In this document: piece by piece, positions 56,245-64,000 of the stretch | How positions within the stretch are numbered: position 1 is the first letter of the stretch | Layout of the letters: every line of letters begins with the position of its first letter | Origin: a bacterium | GTDB taxonomy: Archaea > Thermoproteota > Bathyarchaeia > 40CM-2-53-6 | Reading direction: 5' to 3' | Assembly (NCBI GenBank): GCA_021323995.1 | Contig: JAJPJY010000066.1 | Span: 10,458 to 74,457, forward strand | Length of the DNA stretch: 64,000 nucleotides | The notes under the pieces: model-generated | Databases searched by the model: none | What the model was told of the DNA's origin: nothing | What the model saw: only the letters and a program-made list of their open reading frames with translations | Program-made: the position numbers and the translations under genes

Positions 56245-57185
56245 TCACCTTGCAAGCTCAGACAATTCTGATACAAGCCGAAACCGCGGTCTCGGTCGGG
56301 ATCTGCGCAACCTCCGAGCTAGAAAACACAACGCTACTAACGGATCTGATACTAAGCCTCGACAATTCACAGCTAAAACTTCGGGAACTAATCGTTGCAA
56401 CCCCCAACCAGAAACTTGCACGCGCGTTGATGAACCGGGACCCCCGGATTCTGGTGGAGCTTGAGACACGGCCGGGAGGGAAAGCGTCAGCTCTCAATAG
56501 GATACTAAGCCGAGCATCTGGAGACATACTCGTCCTATCCTCCGCGGACATCAAATTCGCAAGAAACGCCATTCCGAAGCTCGTCGAAGGCCTGGTGAGA
56601 CACAGCGACTGGGGCGCCGTAGACTCGAGGGTCGAACTTGTAAATGGTGACGATCGACTCATGGACAGGGTCAGCACTCTTCTCTGGGACGTTCATAACG
56701 CGACCCTGGACGAGCTCGACGGGGACGATCGTCTCGGCCACATCGCTGGAGACCTGATCGCTGTAAGACGGGACCTGATCGACACCCTTCCAGAAGTGAT
56801 CAACGACGACGCCTATGTCGCCCTCAGAGTACGGGAGAAAGGATTCCGCGTCAAGAGAGTTCACGATGCTTTTGTCTGGATAGTCGGCCCGCGAAACCCG
56901 GCTGACTATATCTCCCAGAGGAGCAGGGTGATACAAGGCCACCTGCAGCTCGTCGGATTATTCAGGAGGATACCCTCAACCTTCGAGTTCATGATCGTCC
57001 GCAAGCCCCGACAGTATCTCCACCTACTCGTGCGTATAGTTACGAAGCTTGGACCTTCCCACTTTCCGGCCCTACTCGTCGGAGGCTTTCTAGAAACTCT
57101 AAGCCTTCAACTAGCAATAGTCTCCAGTCTCATGGGCCGTAGGAATCAGCCGTGGAGGACCCCGGAAACCACCAAGCAGATCTAA
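56241..57185 (+). CDS. Glycosyltransferase family 2
   Basis: GKASALN, SSAD, INDD, QRSR. Confidence 0.82.
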   Translation: MITLQAQTILIQAETAVSVGICATSELENTTLLTDLILSLDNSQLKLRELIVATPNQKLARALMNRDPRILVELETRPGGKASALNRILSRASGDILVLSSADIKFARNAIPKLVEGLVRHSDWGAVDSRVELVNGDDRLMDRVSTLLWDVHNATLDELDGDDRLGHIAGDLIAVRRDLIDTLPEVINDDAYVALRVREKGFRVKRVHDAFVWIVGPRNPADYISQRSRVIQGHLQLVGLFRRIPSTFEFMIVRKPRQYLHLLVRIVTKLGPSHFPALLVGGFLETLSLQLAIVSSLMGRRNQPWRTPETTKQI

Positions 57186-57231
57186 ACGAGATCGGGCATA
57201 CGATGGTTGGAATATAATCCTTACAAAAGAA

Positions 57232-58557
57232 GTGGTTGAGACGACCAGGCTCAACAGAATAACTGGTCTCCCGCTGAAACACATTCTCGCCGGCCTCACG
57301 ATAAGGGAGCTTCTTTCACCGTGGACAGGGCACCCGTATGATTTTGAGATTTGGACGAGGCTGGGCTTCTACATGCAGAGTCTCGCCAGTCCCTACAAGA
57401 CGCTCGCGTACATTCCTTGGCTGAGTTTTTCTCCCTACCCAACGACCGGTTCTATCGGGTATCCTCCGCTCTCGGCATTCATCTTCGGCCTAACCTACCG
57501 CGTGTATCTTCTGCTGAGTGAACCTTCTAGGTTCCTTTACTACTTCCTATTGAAACAGCCTATGGTCCTCGCCGATGTCGGCGTGGCAATTGTCCTCGCA
57601 AAGATCATCCTCCTCTCCGGAGACAGAAAGTCCGCCCAGAATGTCTCTCTAATCTGGCTGTACTTTCCGTTTGGAATAATCCTCTCCAGTATGTGGGGTC
57701 AGCTCGATCCCATAGCCTTGCTTCTCTCCCTTCTTGCCACCTACTATTTCCTCTTGTCGAGATGGGCTCTCTCTGCCGTAATGCTAGGCTTAGCCGTGTA
57801 CCTCAAGATTCTGCCTATTGTCTTCCTACCGATCTTCCTTCTCCAACCTCGCCTTGGAACAACCGGGAGGTTCCTCTATTCGCTAGTGTCAATGGGGATC
57901 CCAGTCGCTGGAACCCTATTTCCCGCTGAAGCTCTTGGTTGGAGCCTTCAAGGAATCTACAGCTATCTAGAATTCCAGGCAGCGATTCCCGGGACAGGGG
58001 GGATGAGCCTCCTAGGAATATTCTACATCACACCCGTAGTCTCAGGATTGGCCCGTTACTTCACCCCTTTCGTGTGGGCACCGATCTTGGCTGTCGCCTA
58101 CATCTACGTTCGGAAGCGGGGCCTCGAGCTCTTCCAAGGTCTTACTGTTGTTATGCTAGCATTCATTGTTTCCAGGTCCTTCTTTTCAGAACAGTACATG
58201 CTCTATCCGCTCGCGTTCCTCTTGGTGAAGACGAGCAAGCAAAACATGCTACACTTTCTCAGCCTAGCCTTCGCTTCTACTATCTTCCTAGTGGCAAACA
58301 ACACGCTTCTAGTCAGTTTCTTCTCGCCCATCTTCGCAGGAGTGTACCAATGGAATATCGTCGCATGGAATCTCTTCGTTCCTGGACAATCACCTTACTT
58401 GTCCCTCCGCGCAATTGTGATGCTAGTCTCGGTAGCTTTTTGTTACCTTGAGTCATTCTCCGTTCTCTTCAGACGAGGGTCGATTATCTCTCGACTACTC
58501 TCCCTTAGAAGACTCCCTTTGTGGATACGCAAGCCAAAATTCCTCCAGCTAGGGTGA
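57232..58557 (+). CDS. GT-C-type (GT87-like) membrane glycosyltransferase
   Basis: TGHPYD, YPP, LKQPMVLAD, WGQLD, many TMs. Confidence 0.7.
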   Translation: MVETTRLNRITGLPLKHILAGLTIRELLSPWTGHPYDFEIWTRLGFYMQSLASPYKTLAYIPWLSFSPYPTTGSIGYPPLSAFIFGLTYRVYLLLSEPSRFLYYFLLKQPMVLADVGVAIVLAKIILLSGDRKSAQNVSLIWLYFPFGIILSSMWGQLDPIALLLSLLATYYFLLSRWALSAVMLGLAVYLKILPIVFLPIFLLQPRLGTTGRFLYSLVSMGIPVAGTLFPAEALGWSLQGIYSYLEFQAAIPGTGGMSLLGIFYITPVVSGLARYFTPFVWAPILAVAYIYVRKRGLELFQGLTVVMLAFIVSRSFFSEQYMLYPLAFLLVKTSKQNMLHFLSLAFASTIFLVANNTLLVSFFSPIFAGVYQWNIVAWNLFVPGQSPYLSLRAIVMLVSVAFCYLESFSVLFRRGSIISRLLSLRRLPLWIRKPKFLQLG

Positions 58558-58581
58558 CCGGATTCGTAAGCTCATTGGTCT

Positions 58582-59532
58582 CTATCTGGATTGACTTCTA
58601 TAGTATGACACTGCATCGGGTTTCATGGTCATTCGAAGTCCCTCTAGGTAGCCCCTCAGGAGATTCTGTACTAGAACGAGCCGAGTTCGTCCTCGCACAA
58701 TGTATGCGAGAATGTTGGGTACTACGAACCGTGATTCCGCTATGGCTTGTATGGCGAAGAGAGGGTTGTTGCCTCGCAGCCGACGCATGATAATGAACCA
58801 GTCTCGGATCTCATACCGCACTCTTTCGGGGTCCGAGGCTCCGTGAACTGCCCACCAGCCAAGTTGACCCGGCGGCTCCACGTCGTGATAGACGAATGCC
58901 CCTGTGAATGAAAAAACCTTCCAATTCTTCGCTTTCATACGAAGGCAAAGATCCATTGAACTGTTCACAACTAGTTGCTCGTCGAATCCTCCAATGTCTT
59001 CCAGCGCATGTCTCCTCATGATAGAGGCGTTAGGGAGCGCATCCGTCTGTAGGAGTGTGTTCTCGAAAGTATTGTTGCGCGGAAGGTTGCGCCCAACCAA
59101 ATCATGCTTCAGTCGCCCATTCAACAATGGGGTCGCATATACCCAGACGAGATCGGGTCTTGACTTGTAGAGGACTGCTGGCATTAATGCTCCGATCCGG
59201 TCAGAGCTCGAGATCGTGTTAAGCAGGGGCGTGATTGTACAGTCATCTATCTGATTGTCGTCGTCGATGAAGTAAACGTAGTCTGTCTTGGTCCTCTTCC
59301 AGCCGATGTTTTTCGCTCTCGAGATGAATACTCGACTGTCGAGAATGATTTGTTGTAGACCAATGTGTTGAAACTCGGACCCGAGCAGTTCCGGCCGAGT
59401 TGAATCATCGACAACGACGACCGACTCGATCTTGTCTGTCCAGTGTTCAGCTATGCTGTTTAGTAGTGCTCTCAGTTTCTCGTATCTATTATGGGTCGGA
59501 ATGACGATCCCTATTGACGGTCGATTCCGCAA
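58582..59532 (-). CDS. Glycosyltransferase family 2
   Basis: IVIPTHNR, VVVDDS, FIDDD, IGGFDE. Confidence 0.9.
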   Translation of the reverse strand: MRNRPSIGIVIPTHNRYEKLRALLNSIAEHWTDKIESVVVVDDSTRPELLGSEFQHIGLQQIILDSRVFISRAKNIGWKRTKTDYVYFIDDDNQIDDCTITPLLNTISSSDRIGALMPAVLYKSRPDLVWVYATPLLNGRLKHDLVGRNLPRNNTFENTLLQTDALPNASIMRRHALEDIGGFDEQLVVNSSMDLCLRMKAKNWKVFSFTGAFVYHDVEPPGQLGWWAVHGASDPERVRYEIRDWFIIMRRLRGNNPLFAIQAIAESRFVVPNILAYIVRGRTRLVLVQNLLRGYLEGLRMTMKPDAVSYYRSQSR

Positions 59533-59736
59533 CCTAAGATTCTGCCTGGCCCCGAAGAGGAATCGAATATTTCACGGATGAACCCAGAACAAAATCGGAT
59601 ACTTTTGAAGTTCTTACGAGTTTTACAAATTGTTCAAATCGCAAGTCTGCGAACTAAACTCGGATAACAATGACGCTGGGGTAGTTCTGACAATGGTAGA
59701 GACTTATATTCACATCCAACAGCCCATAGATCTGAC

Positions 59737-60120
59737 ATGGAACTCGGCGACCTAGAGGCAGCGGTCCTCGGTAGTGTCCTTAAGCTGAACAAAGCCTCCG
59801 CAAGACAAGTTGCGAAAGATCTTGAGCCGTCACGCGGACTCGCCTACTCTACCATAAGCACGACGCTCGACCGGCTCTACAAGAAAGGAGTACTTGGCAG
59901 AGAAGAGGAAGTAGGGAGGGGCGGAGCTCGATACATCTACGTGATCCGATCGGAAGAGAAGATCAAGGGCAGGGTTGTCAAGGGGGTCGTTGACCGGCTC
60001 CTTGTCGCGTTTGGGCCGAGCGTGCTCTCAACATTGAACGAGTATGTTGATGATATTCCTAAGGACGAGCTGAAGCGATTGGAGGAGAAGATCCAGAAGG
60101 GATCAAAACGGCAATCCTAG
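59737..60120 (+). CDS. BlaI/MecI/CopY family transcriptional regulator
   Basis: LGDLEAAVL, LAYSTISTTLDRLYKKG. Confidence 0.9.
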   Translation: MELGDLEAAVLGSVLKLNKASARQVAKDLEPSRGLAYSTISTTLDRLYKKGVLGREEEVGRGGARYIYVIRSEEKIKGRVVKGVVDRLLVAFGPSVLSTLNEYVDDIPKDELKRLEEKIQKGSKRQS

Positions 60121-60173
60121 AACTCTTCCAAGCCTACTTTCTTTCTACAAGGTCCCTTGCTGTTTTCGGAATA

Positions 60174-61019
60174 GTGGCAGCAGTGTACGCCACATGTTCT
60201 GTTCTCTATTTTCTGAATAGGAACAATCCAGGTAGGAGGGCTCGACTCCTGCAGCCGATGCTATTCTCCTCTCTGTTCTCTTGGTCATTTGTAGGAGCGA
60301 GTCTACTAATGTGCGTAGCTATGCTAAACCAGTACGAGCAGAATTGGAGCCTGACTGTCCGAGAGGTTCTCGGCGGTTCGCTAATCTCCGCGCTGACATT
60401 TTCCACCATAGTCAGCTTAGTGGGCCGTAGACACGTCTTTTCGAAAGCCCTCACGGAGATGACGGGGGACCCTCGATCATTAGCGAGGATTACAACCATC
60501 TTCTCAGAACTTAAAGGTCGAATGGGACTTCAGCACGTTTCTCTACGAGAGGCGAGACTTGGAACCGCTTTCTCTGTAAGTTTGAACCGACGCGCATTCG
60601 TGGCGGTATCGCCAGGGCTGGCGAGCTCTCTTTCTGAGGACGAAGCAGAAGCCGTCCTAGCTCATGAGCTTTCTCACATCAAGAATGGTGATTCTCGAGC
60701 CAAGGGAGTTGCGAGACTCGCTAGATTCGCTTTCAGATTTGATCCACTGTTACGTCTGGTCGAGGCGGCTATCCATAGAGAGCGCGAACTCTGGGCAGAC
60801 CGTGCAGCTATCGTATTTACGAGGAAACCCATCGCTCTAGCTTCCGCCCTGGTCAAGGCTAATGCGCAACCAAAGCTCAGCGCTAGTCTTCTAACAGCGG
60901 GTCTCTTCGTAGGGAGCGGGGGCAAAGGGCTCCTAAGCTTCTATCCCAACCTCGAGAGACGTGTGGACGCTCTTCTAGAGCTCTCAAGGAAGATGGAAGT
61001 CCCCCAAGCTGTCGCTTGA
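60174..61019 (+). CDS. M48/M56 family membrane zinc metallopeptidase
   Basis: AVLAHELSH, RELWAD, ALASAL, YPNLERR; follows the BlaI gene; true start probably near 60114. Confidence 0.88.
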   Translation: MAAVYATCSVLYFLNRNNPGRRARLLQPMLFSSLFSWSFVGASLLMCVAMLNQYEQNWSLTVREVLGGSLISALTFSTIVSLVGRRHVFSKALTEMTGDPRSLARITTIFSELKGRMGLQHVSLREARLGTAFSVSLNRRAFVAVSPGLASSLSEDEAEAVLAHELSHIKNGDSRAKGVARLARFAFRFDPLLRLVEAAIHRERELWADRAAIVFTRKPIALASALVKANAQPKLSASLLTAGLFVGSGGKGLLSFYPNLERRVDALLELSRKMEVPQAVA

Positions 61020-61108
61020 ACATGCCGTGTGACGGACCTTCTGGTCTCCCGATACGCTGAAGTAAGTGACACGCCTCATCATCTAAAGATTCGGCGGCTG
61101 GAAACATC

Positions 61109-61576
61109 TTGGCAGAGTGCCACTACTGCGGCAGAAGATTTCCCCAGCTATACAAGCTAACCTCGGAGGACATTCAGAAAGAGCATCTGCCGCCAATAGC
61201 CTCCCAAGTAGCATGCGCCGAGTGCCTTGATAGAGTTAGGCTTGCTTCAAGACTATTACCAGAGCAGAGTCCCACAGGAACAATCCGAAATCTGTCTTGG
61301 ATGATCCTGCTTTTGGCCACAGTAACAGCGTCTGTAGTAATAGCCACTTCTGTTGCTAGAGCACGAGGGCTCGGCGAGGTAGGTATATCCCTTCGATGGT
61401 TTGGAACAATGGCCGTTCTAGTCGGGACCGTCATGACCTGGGACAGGACAAAAAACAGATACGCATTTACCCACGATCTCAAATGGTCCCTGAGCTCAAA
61501 AAGAGTCAACTTCGCTTTCGCGATCGTACTCACCGGACTGGTCGTCTTACTCGTTTCAGTGCTGCTTCCAGTGTAG
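61109..61576 (+). CDS. Zn-finger membrane protein
   Basis: CHYC...CAEC followed by three TM helices. Confidence 0.65.
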   Translation: MAECHYCGRRFPQLYKLTSEDIQKEHLPPIASQVACAECLDRVRLASRLLPEQSPTGTIRNLSWMILLLATVTASVVIATSVARARGLGEVGISLRWFGTMAVLVGTVMTWDRTKNRYAFTHDLKWSLSSKRVNFAFAIVLTGLVVLLVSVLLPV

Positions 61577-61590
61577 TCAGCATCCTATGC

Positions 61591-62196
61591 TTAGAGCTGT
61601 CTTCTGACTATCGCGAATCGTTCGAGCTGCCGGTGAATCGCGAAGCCGTTCTTCAAATACACATTCAGCGGTCCCTTGTAATTCGCTTCTGCCCAAGGAA
61701 TATTCCCGAATCTCTTCTGTGAATCTGTCGTAGGATATCCTTCCGCCACATGCAGCCCTGCGTGGCGGAATGTTTCACATGCTGCCCGAAGAAGTGATGT
61801 GCATACACCTTTTCCTCTCTGCTCAGGCGCTACGACGAAGCACATTATGGATCCCACCAGCTCACCCGGATCGGTCAAAGCGACCCGATACGACCGCATG
61901 TTGACGAAGCTTGTTCGGGGCTGGGCATTGCACCACCCAACCGGCTTGTCGTCAATGTATGCGAGTAGCCCCTGGACTTTGCCGGCGCTAATCCGCTTGA
62001 TTCGAGCTTCTCGATGTTCGGGACCAGCCTTAGGCCCCGCGTCCCAATCGGTTGGGGACGCTGGAGTGTCGTAGAAGCCACAGTAGCAGCCCGCCCAGTC
62101 GGGAAAATCCGAGAAGGCCCGGTCGAAAAGGCTCAGATAGTCGGGGAGAAGGCTCGGCTTCAGTTCTCGGACCTCAATCTGAGTTGATTCGGCCAT
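61591..62196 (-). CDS. GNAT family N-acetyltransferase
   Basis: CYC, VGWCNAQP, CFVVAPEQRGKGV, AEGYP. Confidence 0.9.
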   Translation of the reverse strand: MAESTQIEVRELKPSLLPDYLSLFDRAFSDFPDWAGCYCGFYDTPASPTDWDAGPKAGPEHREARIKRISAGKVQGLLAYIDDKPVGWCNAQPRTSFVNMRSYRVALTDPGELVGSIMCFVVAPEQRGKGVCTSLLRAACETFRHAGLHVAEGYPTTDSQKRFGNIPWAEANYKGPLNVYLKNGFAIHRQLERFAIVRRQL

Positions 62197-62242
62197 GAAT
62201 CATCTATCGTGTCCTATTGTATAAGGAAGGAGGAAGCGCGCT

Positions 62243-63496
62243 TTGAGCAACGAGGCCCTGGGTTTAGGCAAAATGATAAGTCAGCTGAGCTCTACGGCAC
62301 CATCTGTGAAACTCGACAGTTCGCCTCTCCGGATGGAGTTCTTGCGAAGGAAGCTGAAGTTCATCCAGGACACGATGAAAGAGCAGGGTGTTGACATGTG
62401 GATAACGTTCAGTCGAGAGGGCAATGAGGATCCGCTGGCCCACGATCTGCGGTTCAGTGATCTGACCTGGAGGTCAGCGGCAATTATCGAGCAGAACGGC
62501 AAGAGGACCGCTATTGTTGGAAGCCTAGAGTCTGAAACTGTCAGACAGGAAAAATTCTATGATGAAATTATTGGGTATGGTAGTGAAGGCGCGGCGCCTA
62601 AGCTGCGAGACTTTGTCAAGAAGAGAAAGCCGCAGAAGATCGCTGTCAACAAGAGCCACGACGAGGGAGCGGCTGACGGCCTGACCTCAGGCATGGAGAC
62701 CTATCTCAGAGCTGCGTTGAAGGACTATGCGAAACGATTAGTCTCTGCTGAGGATCTTGCGATCGCTCTGCGGGCGAGACTGGTCCCGGGAGAGGTCGAG
62801 CTTGTGAAGAAGGCTATTCGAGAATGCGAGAACATCTACGACTCGCTGGAAGAAATGATCAAGCCGGGTAAGAAGGACAAGGAGGTGCACGAGTTCGCCC
62901 ACAAGCTTCTCAAAGAAAAAAAGCTCAGCCCCGCATGGGCCATCGATCGGTGTCCTTCAGTCCTTGTCGGAAATAATCCAATGTCACATGTAGGATACTT
63001 CGGCGCCAAGATCAAGAGAGGAGACTTTGTCAAGCTTGACTTTGGCGTAAAATACGAAGGTTACTGCAGCGACATTCAGCGGAACTATTTCGTCGGACCC
63101 GGGCTCGTGCCAAAGACCGTCCAACGAATGTTCGACACCGCTCGGGAGGCTAACAATGCGGCCCTTTCAGTCCTGAAGCCGGGGCTTCCAGGCTACAAGG
63201 TAGACGAGGCAGGACGAAGACTAATCGTCAGAGGAGGCTTCCCTGAATACAAACATGCGCTCGGACATGCCCTTGGACGGAGCACACACGAGATAGGACC
63301 CCTGCTGGGTCCAAGGTGGCCCAACAGGTATGGCAGGCAAGGCGAGAAGGCTGTCCAGAAGGACATGGTCTTCACCATCGAACCGTCAGTGACCAGCAAA
63401 CTCGGCACATGCAATCTGGAGCAGGATGTTCTCGTCACATCAAAGGGCTACGAGGAACTTTCCAAGCCCCAAGAAGCACTAATACAAGTAGGATGA
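62243..63496 (+). CDS. M24 Xaa-Pro aminopeptidase family protein
   Basis: DFG...GYCSDIQR, HALGHALG..THE, FTIEP, EQD. Confidence 0.92.
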   Translation: MSNEALGLGKMISQLSSTAPSVKLDSSPLRMEFLRRKLKFIQDTMKEQGVDMWITFSREGNEDPLAHDLRFSDLTWRSAAIIEQNGKRTAIVGSLESETVRQEKFYDEIIGYGSEGAAPKLRDFVKKRKPQKIAVNKSHDEGAADGLTSGMETYLRAALKDYAKRLVSAEDLAIALRARLVPGEVELVKKAIRECENIYDSLEEMIKPGKKDKEVHEFAHKLLKEKKLSPAWAIDRCPSVLVGNNPMSHVGYFGAKIKRGDFVKLDFGVKYEGYCSDIQRNYFVGPGLVPKTVQRMFDTAREANNAALSVLKPGLPGYKVDEAGRRLIVRGGFPEYKHALGHALGRSTHEIGPLLGPRWPNRYGRQGEKAVQKDMVFTIEPSVTSKLGTCNLEQDVLVTSKGYEELSKPQEALIQVG

Positions 63497-63509
63497 TTGC
63501 GGCCCGCGT

Positions 63510-64000
63510 TCACAGCAGTTCGAGATATGTGTGCGCCAGGATCTTCGTGATACTCACTAGATCAGCTATTCGGACATGCTCGTCTATCCCGTGGATATTG
63601 CTGTCCAGACGAGTTGTGCCTAATACGACTACGGGGACGCCGAGCGCGGTGACTGCGGACACATCGGTGGATCCTTGACTACCGCATGGTGGCACGTCTC
63701 GGCCTAGAACCTTCCGGGCAACTTTTCGAACCGTTCTAACAAGAGGATGGTCAGGCCTTGTAAGCATCGGGTCGTAACCGAGGACTGGTTTGAAAGCCAC
63801 TTTGACCTCACGGTGTTTCGCGGCAAAGTCTCTCACGACTCGTTCTACCTCTCGCTGAACCTGCATATCCTTCTCTTCAGGGATGAACCGTCGGTCTACT
63901 AGAATTTCGAAAGTGTCTGGTATGATGTTACCCTTGAGGCCGCCCTTTGCAGTGTTAACGTAGAGTCCGGGTCTCATCTTCTTCGTCCCATAGATTGGCT
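63510..64000 (-). CDS. M20 (ArgE/DapE) family peptidase/deacylase, C-terminal part
   Basis: GG.KGNIIPD, DRRFIPEE, GSTD, NIHGIDE; 5' end lies outside the window. Confidence 0.88.
   Translation of the reverse strand, partial: PIYGTKKMRPGLYVNTAKGGLKGNIIPDTFEILVDRRFIPEEKDMQVQREVERVVRDFAAKHREVKVAFKPVLGYDPMLTRPDHPLVRTVRKVARKVLGRDVPPCGSQGSTDVSAVTALGVPVVVLGTTRLDSNIHGIDEHVRIADLVSITKILAHTYLELL

Overview
Archaeal chromosomal segment. PolD small subunit, Orc1/Cdc6, ORB boxes, an intron-containing tRNA and frequent TTG starts point to a TACK-type archaeon, possibly Bathyarchaeia-like (inference). Left part (1-26.5 kb): hisS fragment, a decayed stretch, a glycosylation cluster, and housekeeping genes (ATPase F subunit, hflX, phoU-like, DP1, pyrB, pyrI, ogg, MinD-like). 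It also holds tRNA-Pro(CGG) with a D-loop intron and an HTH/ATP-cone/class III RNR-fold protein that has lost its catalytic residues. Centre (26.5-32.5 kb): an ORB-containing origin upstream of cdc6, then three winged-helix genes around a dense GTGA/TCAC motif array. A ~15.9 kb integrated virus-like element follows (32485-48352). It is bounded by a 25-bp imperfect direct repeat and ends 11 bp from a second pair of ORBs. It encodes a tyrosine integrase, an HK97-type prohead protease fused to a HAD domain, many Zn-finger proteins, a PD-(D/E)XK nuclease and a TIR protein. It carries its own ORB-like boxes but no recognisable replication, capsid, portal or large-terminase gene. Right part (48.5-64 kb): membrane proteins, a second glycosylation cluster, a BlaI/peptidase pair, a GNAT and peptidases. 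All calls come from motif reading by eye; no searches were run.
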